Positions 24,964-36,238 of a stretch of 64,000 nt of DNA are shown here, piece by piece. Position 1 is the stretch's first letter. The number at the start of each line of letters is the position of its first letter. The DNA is from Octopus vulgaris. Taxonomy: Eukaryota. The stretch is from the NCBI GenBank assembly GCA_951406725.2, contig OX597837.1, positions 34,906,001 to 34,970,000 of the forward strand, read 5' to 3'. The notes under the pieces were generated by a model. The model made no database searches, was not told the DNA's origin, and saw only the letters and a program-made list of their open reading frames with translations. The position numbers and the translations under genes are program-made.

Positions 24964-25600
24964 TTAACTTATCAAAAATAAAAGTCATCAGTCTATGCTT
25001 TCCTTGATGAGTTCATGATCAGGCCAAAACATACTGGGATCTGTTTCTTGTATCAGCTAAAACCAGTTTGATACTTGATACTTGACTGACAACAAAACAT
25101 AAAAAATTTTGAATTTAAATCATGCAAACATACTGTCTGAAATGAAAAACAATAGATGGTAATGGATGGAGTAGCTTCGACCATAGGTCTGCGGGGACAG
25201 CAGCTTTGACCAAAGGCCTGTTGGACAGCACCTTTTATAATATGTCTCCTGAACAACAGCTTTGACCAAAAGCCTGCTGGACAACAGCTTTGATCATGAA
25301 TTCTCAGTTGTTTGATCAACTAGGCTACCTGCTCATTCAGTTAGCATGGAAGTAGCTGAATATTCCACAGACACATGTATCCTAGACCTAGTTCTCAGTT
25401 AGAATCAGTGAGGCACATTGTGTATGACAAGGCTACACCTTTTGAATATCAAGTACAATCCACTTTACGAGCTTCGATACACTTTCCATCTGCCGTATTT
25501 CATTCACAAGGTATGGGTTGACCTAAGACTATAGAAAATAGCACTTGCCAAAGTTGCCAGGCAATGGAATCAAAACCAAGAACTCATGACTGAGAAGCAA

Positions 25601-25703
25601 ATTTTCCTATTAGCGCTTTCATATGGCTTTCGAATTTGTCAAATACAATTCTGTATTGTATTTGACAAGTTCAAAAGACAATCGAAAACGCTAATATGAA
25701 AAT
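25601..25703. repeat. Imperfect 49 bp-arm hairpin, probably a collapsed fold-back element
   Basis: 25601-25649 pairs with 25655-25703 around a 5 nt loop. Confidence 0.8.
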
Positions 25704-25838
25704 GAAGATATTATAATAAAAAAAGTTCTTTCCAAAATTCTGATGACTTCTTTTCAATATTCAATTCTGTACATCACACCTAACACTCTCCACATACACA
25801 AACATACATATATATATCTCTATATATCATATATATAT

Positions 25839-26148
25839 ATTGATCAAAATAAAAATAAAAACATGAGGCGAAGGATTCAGCGGTACATATGTTTCGGGCC
25901 TTTATTAGACAGATTTATAACAAAGCATAATGTATGTCTGTGGCCTTCTTCAGCCGCGCACAACAGCTTCCACGCTTTGTTATAAATCTGTCTAATAAAG
26001 GCCCGAAACATATGTACCGCTGAATCCTTCGCCTCATGTTTTTATTTTTATTTTGATCAATTTACTCCACCACCTACACCACCAAACGGTATACACAGGT
26101 GCTTATAATTATCAAGTACTCACCCCGAATTTCTATACTCAACTATCA
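25839..26148. mobile_element. Young fold-back Penelope-like element in (TA)n with perfect 88 bp inverted arms
   Basis: 25839-25926 is the reverse complement of 25974-26061; 47 nt spacer; TA tracts on both sides. Confidence 0.85.
25880..25957 (-). ncRNA. Type I hammerhead ribozyme with extended stem II
   Basis: gcgg-CTGAAGA-aggcc..(long insert)..ggccc-GAAA-CATATG-TA-ccgc; palindromic stem III, GUA site; first stem II pair is an A/C mismatch. Confidence 0.8.
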
Positions 26149-26172
26149 TACATATATATATATATATATATA

Positions 26173-26342
26173 CCGGAGTAAACACATAAATGTGAAACAA
26201 GGTACTCAAATACCAGTGGTAGAGTAATATGCTTTATTTAAAGCAGCAGAAGATTAAACAAAACTTGTTACTCTGAGTTTCACGGGAACATGAAACTCAG
26301 AGTAACAGGTTTTGTTGAATTTTCTGCTGCTTTAAATAAAGT
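26173..26342. mobile_element. Fold-back element in (TA)n retaining only the 3' half of an HHR
   Basis: 50 bp arms; acgggaacat-GAAA-CTCAGAG-TA-acag; sister copy at 57934-58082. Confidence 0.7.
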
Positions 26343-26367
26343 ATATATATATATATACATACATATA

Positions 26368-26586
26368 ATGAAAATAAGCAACAAGTATATCTTCAGTAAT
26401 TTTGTACGATCGTTTCATGCTACTTCATTTTATTAAACATTGTAAGTATTACTAAATTACTGAAGATATACTTGTTGTTTATTTTGATTATAATCACCCC
26501 ATGGATTTATATGGATAATACCATACAAAATTCTGGTGCCTCTGACTTAAGTACCGTATTCATTTGAATCTAAATTTTGCTGAACT
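26368..26586. mobile_element. Fold-back element in (TA)n retaining the 3' half of an HHR on the minus strand
   Basis: Arms caacaagtatatcttcagtaattt / aaattactgaagatatacttgttg; minus strand GAAA-CGATCG-TA. Confidence 0.6.
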
Positions 26587-26593
26587 TATACAT

Positions 26594-26680
<87 letters not shown>

Positions 26681-27162
26681 AGTGTCAGGAGTCACTTAGC
26701 TTAATGGTACAGAGCACAGCCAGTATTTGAGAGGTACAGAGTTTGATTCTCTGTAGCTGCCTGCTGGCAACTTTTTTTATAGGTACAGGAGTGGCTGTGT
26801 GGTAAGAAGCTTACTTCCCAACTACATGGTTCCAGGTTCAGTACCACTGTGTTGCACCTTGGACAAGTGTCTTCTACCATAGCCTCAGGCTGACCAAAAC
26901 CTTGTGAGTGGATTTGGTAGATGGAAACTGAAAGAATCTCGTCATATGTGTGTGTGTGTGTGTGTGTGCGTATGTAGGTATTTGTGTTTGATGGGGCTTC
27001 TCTCAATTTCTTTCTATCAAATTCATTCACAAGGATTTGGTCAGCCTAGGGCGCTATAGTAGAAGACACCCAAGGTGCCAGTCCATGGGACCGAACCTAA
27101 AACCACATGGTCGGGAAGCAAGTACAGTTGTTGGAAAATTACAGATTAAAAGTTAAACTACC

Positions 27163-27611
27163 TATTTCTTTATTACCCACAAGGGGCTAAACACAGAGGG
27201 GACAAACAAGGACAGACATAGGTATTAAGTCGATTACATCGACCCCAGTGCGTAGCTGGTACTTAATTTATCGACCCCGAAAGGATGAAAGGCAAAGTCA
27301 ACCTCGGCAGAATTTGAACTCACAACGTAATGGGAATCAAAATACCGCTAAGCATTTCGCCCTGTGTGCTAACATGTCTTATTTCTTTATTACCCACAAG
27401 GGGCTAAACATAGAGGGGACAAACAAGGACAGACATAGGTATTAATTCGATTACATCGACCCCAGTGCGTAACTGGTACTTAATTTATCGACCCCGAAAG
27501 GATGAAAGGCAAAGTCGACCTCGGCGGAATTCAAACTCACAACGTAACGCTGACGAAATACCGCTAAGCATTTCGCCCGGTGTGCTAAGGTTTCTGCCAG
27601 CTCGCCGCCTT
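27163..27611 (-). mobile_element. SINE family B tandem dimer
   Basis: Two units; 16 bp TSD TAAAAGTTAAACTACC at 27147 and 27617. Confidence 0.9.
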
Positions 27612-28349
27612 ATATATAAAAGTTAAACTACCATACAGTGAATGCACTAACGGAAAAAAAAAAAGAACACTTTACAATTCTCAGTGCAATATAGATGCAC
27701 CATAGATGGTAGAGGGTTAAGTTTTTGGAAACAGTTGCACACTATATCAAGTAACAGGTTTCAATACTCCCTTTTGCTGATCTGAATTTAAAAGTTCAAA
27801 ACCCAATTAGGCTTCAGTTAGCCTTTCCCCACCAAACCCATCCTCTCCTACAATCAGTATCAATAAAACGTCGACCCCCATACTGATCTTCATTCTAATT
27901 CAGACAACTACATGAGTGATGGGCCTTCAAAATTTGTTTGTTTATTCACCTCTGAATGGAATTGCTATGGTTGTGATTGTTAATTGTGTTGTTGTTATTG
28001 TTTGGTTTTTGTTTTTAAACCATTTTGTCTCCTTAATTTGAAATGGTTTTTTTTTTTTTTTTGGTGAAGCGAAAGAAACAAAATGCCTAAGTGTGTCTAA
28101 GTCATTGACCTCTTGTTGTCTTTGTGTGAGTTATTTCTAGAATTGATTATTTCCTTCAAACCTTCGTTGCAGATACACATTTATGCATACTTACATTTAA
28201 TATATATACATTTGCACATATGTAGATGTATTTGCATGTGTAGATAATGAGATACACACACACACACACACACACACATACATATATAAGATAGTGAGAT
28301 GTGTGTGAGTGTGTAAGATATATATGAGAGAACAGGGGTGGGGAGACAG

Positions 28350-28510
28350 AAGTAGATAGATTGATAGACAGACAGACAAGCTAGTAGGCAGACAGACAGG
28401 CAGACAGACAGACGGATGGACGGACAGACGGACAGACAGACAGACAGACGGACGGACGGACGGACGGACGGACGGACGGACGGACGGACGGACGGACGGA
28501 CGGACGGACG

Positions 28511-28592
<82 letters not shown>
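28350..28592. repeat. (GACA)n/(GACG)n tetranucleotide microsatellite
   Basis: Seen directly. Confidence 0.95.
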
Positions 28593-29204
28593 TATAAATA
28601 TAGATCTATTTATAGGCTTCAGCATGGCAATATGGTTAAAAGATTGCTTCCTAATCTTGTAGTCTCAGGTTCAATGTCCATTATGTAGTACCTTGGGCTA
28701 GTGTCTTCTGTTATAGGAAATGTAGACAAGGATGATAATGATGTACTGTATTTCCACCTGTTTATGGGCTGCTATTTTACCAGTTGCAAGGCCTCTGTCA
28801 ATCTATGTTGACCATGCATATGCACATGTATGTGCAGACCTGGGCAACAGGTCTCAGAGAGATTCAATGTGACACAAAATGTGACAAGGCTGGCCCTTTG
28901 AATTACAAGCACAACTCAGTTTTGCCACCAGGAGTCAAACTCAGATCCTTACAGTCATGAGCTAATCACCCTAACCACTAAGCCCTGTGTCTTCATTGTG
29001 ATGTTAAGTAGAGAACAGCTGAAACAACAGTAGAAATAATGATAACAGGTAATGGTAGAAAACCACGAAAGTTTTCCATCAACAATGAAGAAGTGAAAAG
29101 AAACAAAATATGAAATGAAATACTCAACAGACATCAATCCTATTGCTGTACAACCAGAGGTAAAAAAAATTGCCAACCAAACCACTTAGAAACAGGATTT
29201 CAAT

Positions 29205-29245
29205 TCTTACCTGAAAAATATAAAAGTGAAACAAACATTAAAATA
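29205..29245 (-). other. Juxtaposed 3'/5' splice motif (possible recursive splice site or short-exon donor)
   Basis: Minus strand ttttaatgtttgtttcacttttatatttttCAG|GTAAGA. Confidence 0.3.
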
Positions 29246-29262
29246 ACGACAACAACAACAAC

Positions 29263-29304
<42 letters not shown>

Positions 29305-29336
29305 GGTCGTGCCCATAATAATAATTAATGCATTGG

Positions 29337-29425
<89 letters not shown>

Positions 29426-30885
29426 TCAAATTTTTTCCACAAGGGCAGTTTGATTAAACTGAATGATGATGATGATGATGATGAGTGATGATGACAACAA
29501 AGATGATGATGGTAACGATGGCTACGAAAAAAGTAAAGGTTCGCACAGGTGATGTTACTGTTCTTTCCTCATAACACAGGCCTAACCAAAACAAGCAAGA
29601 AGGAACACTGAAGATTGACTGAGAAACAGATTGAGAGAGGGTTAAAGCAAGAGGGAGAGAAACAGGGAGAGAGGTAAACAGAGAGAGAGAGAGAGAGGTG
29701 GGAGAGAAGAAACTTTCCACACAGTGTAATAAAAGAGAACCAGTAAATTGCATCGTGCTCAGAGTACTTAGGCTAGCTGTAGGTTGCATGTTGTGTTGAT
29801 AGTAGTAGAATCTCTCTGTATAATCCGTTGACAATGGAAACTAAGCCAAGGTTTTATCCAACAGGCCATACTACTTTCTTTTAGTTTGTGATTTATTAAG
29901 CTAAGTGGCATTTTACCACCACGACCACCGAGGCAGCAACAAATCTGTCTGCATGCTCTCTTGCTTGTCGTCACGGTTGTCAAGAGTGATGAGGAGTCAG
30001 TCACTGATGATTGAGAAAGGTGTAAGGTATCAGGTTCTTTATAGGACCACTCTCAAGTTTCAGAGACCAACCATGACTTTCGGCTTACTACTACTACTTG
30101 TCACTTGATAATGTTGTGCATATTTGTTGTTCTTTGGTTTGATTATCAGTCAGTCTTGGTTTGATTATCAAGAGGAGAAGGGGTTAGGATGTTCTGAAGG
30201 GCTTGTAAAACTTTCAAAGAAATCATGTGGGTCCTTGCTTTAAGGAGGCCGCATGAGAGTGTGACACCAACATTTAGCTACAGGGTCCCTGCTTAAAGGT
30301 TTCACATGGGAGCATGGCAGCAACATTCAGCAAGTCAAGCAAATAGCATTGGTCATTTGGTGCAAAGATGAGAGAGAGGGGTGGAAAGGGACTGAACAGA
30401 AGGAAGAAAAGGGAGGTGGTGGTGAAGTTGGTGGGGTGAGGGAAGGAGTGGAAGGATATGAGAGAAAAAGGAAGTTAAAGGGATAGAGGAAGAGGAAGAA
30501 AAAATTCGAGGGGGGGAGAAGGTAAGATGAGGAGGAAGAAGGTAATATTAGGAGCGGGGGGGGGGAGGAATACAAGGGGGGAAGAAAATAAAAGAGGAGG
30601 AAAGGTGATTGAAGTGGGGAAAATAATATGAGGAGGAGGTAGGAGGTATTATCAGGAGGAGGAAGGTAATATAAAGAGCAAGGGGATAGGAGGAGGAGGA
30701 GAAAACATGAAAGAGAACAAGAGGAGGGGCAGGGGTAGAAATGTAGAATGGCAACATTAACTGCAGCAACAACAACGTAGAGTTGGGGGTGCTTTGGGTA
30801 CGCTGGAGGGTACTGTCAAGAATATATAGACATTTCCATGGTACCCTGAGAAGTGAAACACAGCTAATCAGGTCTCCCAACTTAC

Positions 30886-31036
30886 AGCTGTTCTTCATCC
30901 AATTTGGCACTGGACAAAGTGAAATCTTGGACTGGTTCCAGTGTAGTCTCTCAAGTGCCTTTTGTGCGTGCCAACAGTAAGATTGTCCAGAATACCAATA
31001 GCCATCGAACCATCTCGCCATGGTAGTAGTAGTCAT
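30886..31036 (-). CDS. Candidate first coding exon, product unknown
   Basis: MTTTTMARWFDGYWYSGQSYCWHAQKALERLHWNQSKISLCPVPNWMKNS in non-repeat sequence, ending at CT|GTAAGT (phase 1). Confidence 0.3.
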
Positions 31037-31405
31037 TAAGTTGGGTGCATTAGATTAGTAAGAAAAGAAATTTTTAAAGGATAGTGTATCAAGATCCACC
31101 AACTATGCTAATTATGTGTGTGTGTGTGTATATGTGTGCACTCGCATGTGTGTGTGTGTGAGCAAGGGAGAGACTATGTATGCGTGTTCGTATTTTTTCA
31201 TGTAGGTGAATGTGTGCATGCATGTATACATATACGTTTTTATCTGTATGTATGAATGAATGTACATGTATATATATGGTATACCTCATGATGTACATTG
31301 CAGGTTCAAGCACACGCACACATATAGAAATATATATACATTTATAATAATATACACCTGTAAGTACATAAGTATGTATATGTGTGTCTTTATAGCAATT
31401 TATAT

Positions 31406-31446
<41 letters not shown>

Positions 31447-31472
31447 GTATATATATATTTGTATGTTTGTAG

Positions 31473-31561
<89 letters not shown>

Positions 31562-32238
31562 TATAGATAGATATATATATATAGCAATGTATGTTTGTAT
31601 GTGTGTACAAACACACACACACACACACACGTATATATATATATATATATACACATACATATACATAACAATGTAGCAATCCATATCTAAAACAAGTAGA
31701 TGTATATATTTAGAGAGACAGAGAGAGAGGAAGTAGATGTATATATTTAGAGAGACAGAGAGAGAGAGGGAGACAGACATAAAAGTGTGTGTGTATGTGT
31801 GTGTGTGTCTGCATGTGCATGCATGCATGCACGCACGTGTGTATGCGTGCATAGATGTATCGTTTACTGAGTTCAGCTCACGGAGATTGAGGTATTTCAC
31901 TGGAGTCCAATCAGAAAGCTAACCCAATAAACGTCTCTTAAATATTGATACACACCAACACCAGATGTTCACACAAATGTGTGACAGACGAGTGATTGAA
32001 CAGTGATAGAATGTGTGAGTGAGGCGATGGGTGTTGGGTGGAAATGATATAAACAACTGTTGACGCTCTATACTGGATGATAAAAAATTCTTGATACACA
32101 CACATGTGTATATAAGATATAAATAATCTATATACAGATTTTGTATACAGAACCACATATATGTACGATTTTGAGAACTGAAGCACAAATGTTTGATTGT
32201 GAGCCCAACACTCTCAGCAACTAGGCCATGTGCTTTCA

Positions 32239-32284
<46 letters not shown>

Positions 32285-32288
<4 letters not shown>

Positions 32289-32519
32289 AAACAAGTCAAA
32301 ATAGAAAATGCTAAAATAATTTTATAAAGAATATTTCAGTACCGGTTTCGGTCATTTTGAGACCTTTTCAACTGTAACGATTAAATAATTAAATTTAGAA
32401 AAATTGAAATAAAAGTTTTTTTAAAGGAATATTTGTATAGTGTTCAAATATAAGTGGCATTTTCCTTGTTTCTGCCTTTCTCTGTCTCCCTTGTTTGCAC
32501 TTGTGTGTTCGAGGCCGTG

Positions 32520-32522
<3 letters not shown>
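32285..32522 (-). mobile_element. HHR-bearing element inserted in (TA)n
   Basis: Bounded by TA tracts at 32245-32284 and 32523-32556. Confidence 0.7.
32334..32377 (-). ncRNA. Minimal type I hammerhead with U3:A8 core variant
   Basis: ttacag-TTGAAAA-ggtc(tcaaaat)gacc-GAAA-CCGG-TA-ctgaaa. Confidence 0.75.
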
Positions 32523-32559
<37 letters not shown>

Positions 32560-32967
32560 AGAAAGCAAAACGACATAGGTAGTCAGAATTTGGATAAAAG
32601 CTATTTATTTAGCACCTTCATCATGAAAGATTTCTTATAGAAAATTCATACCTTTCATATATATGTGAGGTAGCTGAAATAAATCTTGGAGTTGAATTTC
32701 TTTACAGGGGTTTTGGAAAGAGGGTGTTTCGGGTGTGGTTATTTGAGACGTTCTTTGTCATTTTGAATCTGTGTGTGTGTGTATGTGTGTAAACATGTGT
32801 GTCTATAGAGAATTTTTTTTTTAAAAAAAAGAAAGAAAGAAGGAGAGGAAGAAAGAAACTAATAAACAAATGAAGGGGTATTTTTTGCCAGATGGTTTTA
32901 TATATATATAAAGTTAATCCAAACAAGAAAGCACAAAAAAACACAACAAATATATGGAACAAATATA

Positions 32968-33200
32968 TGTTTCTTTACTACCCACAAGGGGCTAAACACA
33001 GAGGAGACAAACAAGGACAGACAAACGGATTAAGTCGATTACATCGACCCCAGTGCGTAACTGGTACTTAATTTATCGACACGAAAGGATGAAAGGCAAA
33101 GTCGACCTCGGCGGAATTTGAACTCAGAACGTAACGGCAGATGAAATACGGCTACGCATTTCGCCCGGCGTGCTAACGTTTCTGCCAGCTCGCCGCCCTC
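32968..33200 (-). mobile_element. SINE family B, young full-length copy
   Basis: TSD TGGAACAAATATA at about 32955 and 33205; CpGs retained. Confidence 0.9.
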
Positions 33201-33255
33201 GACGTGGAACAAATATAGTATTATTGGACGCTCAGGAAAGAAGGAAAGAAGGAGG

Positions 33256-33290
33256 GTTTAACGTTTCGAGCGGAGCTCTTCGTCGGAAAC
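33256..33290 (-). ncRNA. Ultra-minimal hammerhead-like motif (C4 variant, extra A)
   Basis: gttt-CCGACGA-a-gagc(tcc)gctc-GAAA-CG-TT-aaac. Confidence 0.65.
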
Positions 33291-33368
33291 ATAGGAGAAG
33301 GAAAGATCCAGAGAAGGGAAGACAGAGGAAAAAAAATCGCCAACGGTACACACGAGGTCACATATATA

Positions 33369-33499
33369 CAGGGTGTCCCCAAAAAATGTATACACACCTT
33401 AAATAATTGTAAATTTGTTATTCTTTGTAAGCCTAGTACTTATTCTATCGTTCTCTTTTGCCGAACCACTATGTGTATACATTTTTTTGGGACACCCTG
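33369..33499. mobile_element. Tc1/mariner-type MITE (131 bp) with an internal SINE A fragment
   Basis: TA|CAGGGTGTCCCCAAAAAATGTATACAC..GTGTATACATTTTTTTGGGACACCCTG|TA. Confidence 0.85.
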
Positions 33500-34002
33500 T
33501 ATATATATATATTGATGTCACTGTCACCCTGCTACTTGTAAAAGTTTAATAAACATGTATGCTACTAAAATAAGTATTGAGTAATTATTCAGTTTAATGC
33601 TAAACTGTTTGTACATTGGGTCATCCCATAAATAGTGTGGTTTGTTTTATACTTCTTTTATTTTTTCAAAATTAAGACAAACAAGTTTCTTTTTTAATCT
33701 AAAATATACTCTCCTTCATTCTCTATAATACTCTTCCGTCTATCTGGTAGGCTTGCATGGGTTCTCTTCCAAAAATTCACTTGTCCATGACAAAAAATAC
33801 TCCGCCAGTCCTGTGTTTTGCTGAGGGATAGATACAACATGCCATCCAATCTGGAAACTGAACCTATAACCTTTCACTCACAAGGCAAACATCCTAACCA
33901 CTCGACCCCATGAGCATGTATGTGTGTAGTGTCCTCATCAATGTTATATGTCTTTTTTCTTTTTCATCATACTGGTGTGGGCTGGACAGATGTGTCCCAT
34001 TA

Positions 34003-34606
34003 GAAGGCGGTGAGCTGGCAAAGACGTTAACACGTCGAGTGAAATGCTTAGCGGTATTTCATCTGCCGTTACGTTCTGAGTTCAAATTCCGCTGAGGTCG
34101 ACTTTGCCTTTCATCCTTTCGAGGTTGATTAAATAAGTACCAGTTATGAACTGGGGTTGATGTAATCAACTTAATACCTACATCTGTCCTTGTTTGTCCC
34201 CTCTGTATTTAGCCCCTTGTGGGTAATAAAGAAATAGGTATTTTGTCTGCCATTATGTTCTGAGTTCAAATTCCGCCAAGGTCAACTTTGCCTTTCATCC
34301 TTTCGAGGTCGATTAAATAAGTACCAGTTACGAACTGGGGTCGATGTAATCGACTTAATACCTACATCTGTCCTTGTTTGTCCCCTCTGTATTTAGCCCC
34401 TTGTGGGTAATAAAGGAATAGGTATTTCGTCTGCCATTACGTTCTGAGTTCAAATTCCGCCGAGGTCGACTTTGCCTTTCATCCTTTCGGGGTCGATTAA
34501 ATAAGTACCAGTTACGCACTGGCATCGATATAATCGACTTAATTCAATTGTCTGTCCTTGTTTGTCCTCCCTGTGTTTAGCCCCTTGTGAGTAGTAAAGA
34601 AATAGG
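34003..34606 (+). mobile_element. SINE family B tandem trimer
   Basis: One head plus three about 181 bp bodies; 12 bp TSD TGTGTCCCATTA at 33991 and 34607. Confidence 0.9.
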
Positions 34607-36006
34607 TGTGTCCCATTACAGCACTTCACCATTATCACTTTATATACACAACAACAACAGAGGAAACAACCAAACATTATTGTGTGGTGTCTTCTTTTTG
34701 CTGGTTTTATGGTTGGGTGCAGTTACTACTGCGACCTCTCTGCAGTGTGGACTGTACTTGCAAAACTAAAAAGTGCTTGCTAACCTGCATTAGTGTTTTT
34801 ATTCCAAGTTTATTACACACAACCATATGGCTTCCTTACACACATATACACACTGGGAAAAATACACACAGAGACACATACCTACATAAAGTCAAAGAGA
34901 GAAATAGATAGCAAGACACACACAAACACACACAAACACACATAAACTACATACATAGACATGGAGATAGATGCCACCCTGCAGGCACACAGACATACAT
35001 GTACAGACATACACAAACACATATAAACACAGACACAACCAAAAATGTAAACCAACAACTACACATACAAACCATACACACACAAACAAACCAACAAACT
35101 ACCACTCAGGCATGCACATACACACACACATACAGATAACACCACATACACATATTTCATATGTTAACTAAACCTACCTACACAAACAAATATTGCACTC
35201 TATACCCACATTTCACATGTAACCAAGCTCAACTACATCTATACACCTATGCCTACATTTCACACTTAACCACCTTCTATACATACATACATGCTAACAG
35301 ACACTCAACACCTTATTCCCAGAATTCACACTCAACACATGTATTTGTGTATGTATATATATATATATATATAAACATGCATATGTGTATATATAAATAT
35401 ATACATATACATACATGCATACATACATACATACATGGGCTTCATGTAAAAACTAAAATGAATATTTCAACATCAGGAGACAACTGAGAGTGGCACAACT
35501 ATACTTTACCATTCCCTGCAGAGTTCTAATTAATCACGATCTCCATTAATGCCCATGAAAATAACCAATGGCATTCAAGAATAAAGAACGGTAAAAAATT
35601 GATGTTTCTTCACAACAGCTGAAAGGTTTTCTTTCACTCTTTTCTTTCTTTTTTTCTTTTTTTTTACTAATTTTTTATTTTTGTTTCTTTGATATATTTT
35701 TGTATTTTTTTAGTCTTTATTGTTATTATACAAACAGCCATCTACGCCTGTGAAACCTGAAAGAAGACAGCAAAAAATCTCTCAATTGCTGCCTGTGTTC
35801 AATTCTGAATATCACTTACTGGGACAGAGAAACAAAGAGGTGACAACAAAGAGCAGGCACAGGAAGTTTGCAGGACAAAGTGACCAAGTGACAGATATGG
35901 TTCAATGGCCATGGGGCTTTGACTACTGCAAGACAGACATGCTATCATTGTGAGGAGGAAAAAGATCAAGGGGAGGACCAAGGAAGATGTGGTACAGTAT
36001 ATTCCT

Positions 36007-36238
36007 AAGGCGGCGAGCTGGCAGAATCGTTAGCATGCTGGGCGAAATGCTTAGCGGTATTTCATCTGCCGTTACGTTCTGAGTTCGAATTCCGCCGAGG
36101 TCGACTTTGCCTTTCATCCTTTCGGGGTCGATAAATTAAGTACCAGTTATGCACTGGGGTCGATGTAATCGACTTAATCCATTTGTCTGTCTTTGTTTGT
36201 CCCCTCTGTGTTTAGCCCCTTGTGGCTACTAAAGAAAT
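36007..36238 (+). mobile_element. SINE family B flanked by an about 113 bp direct duplication of decayed LINE sequence
   Basis: 35893-36006 closely matches 36239-36351. Confidence 0.9.
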
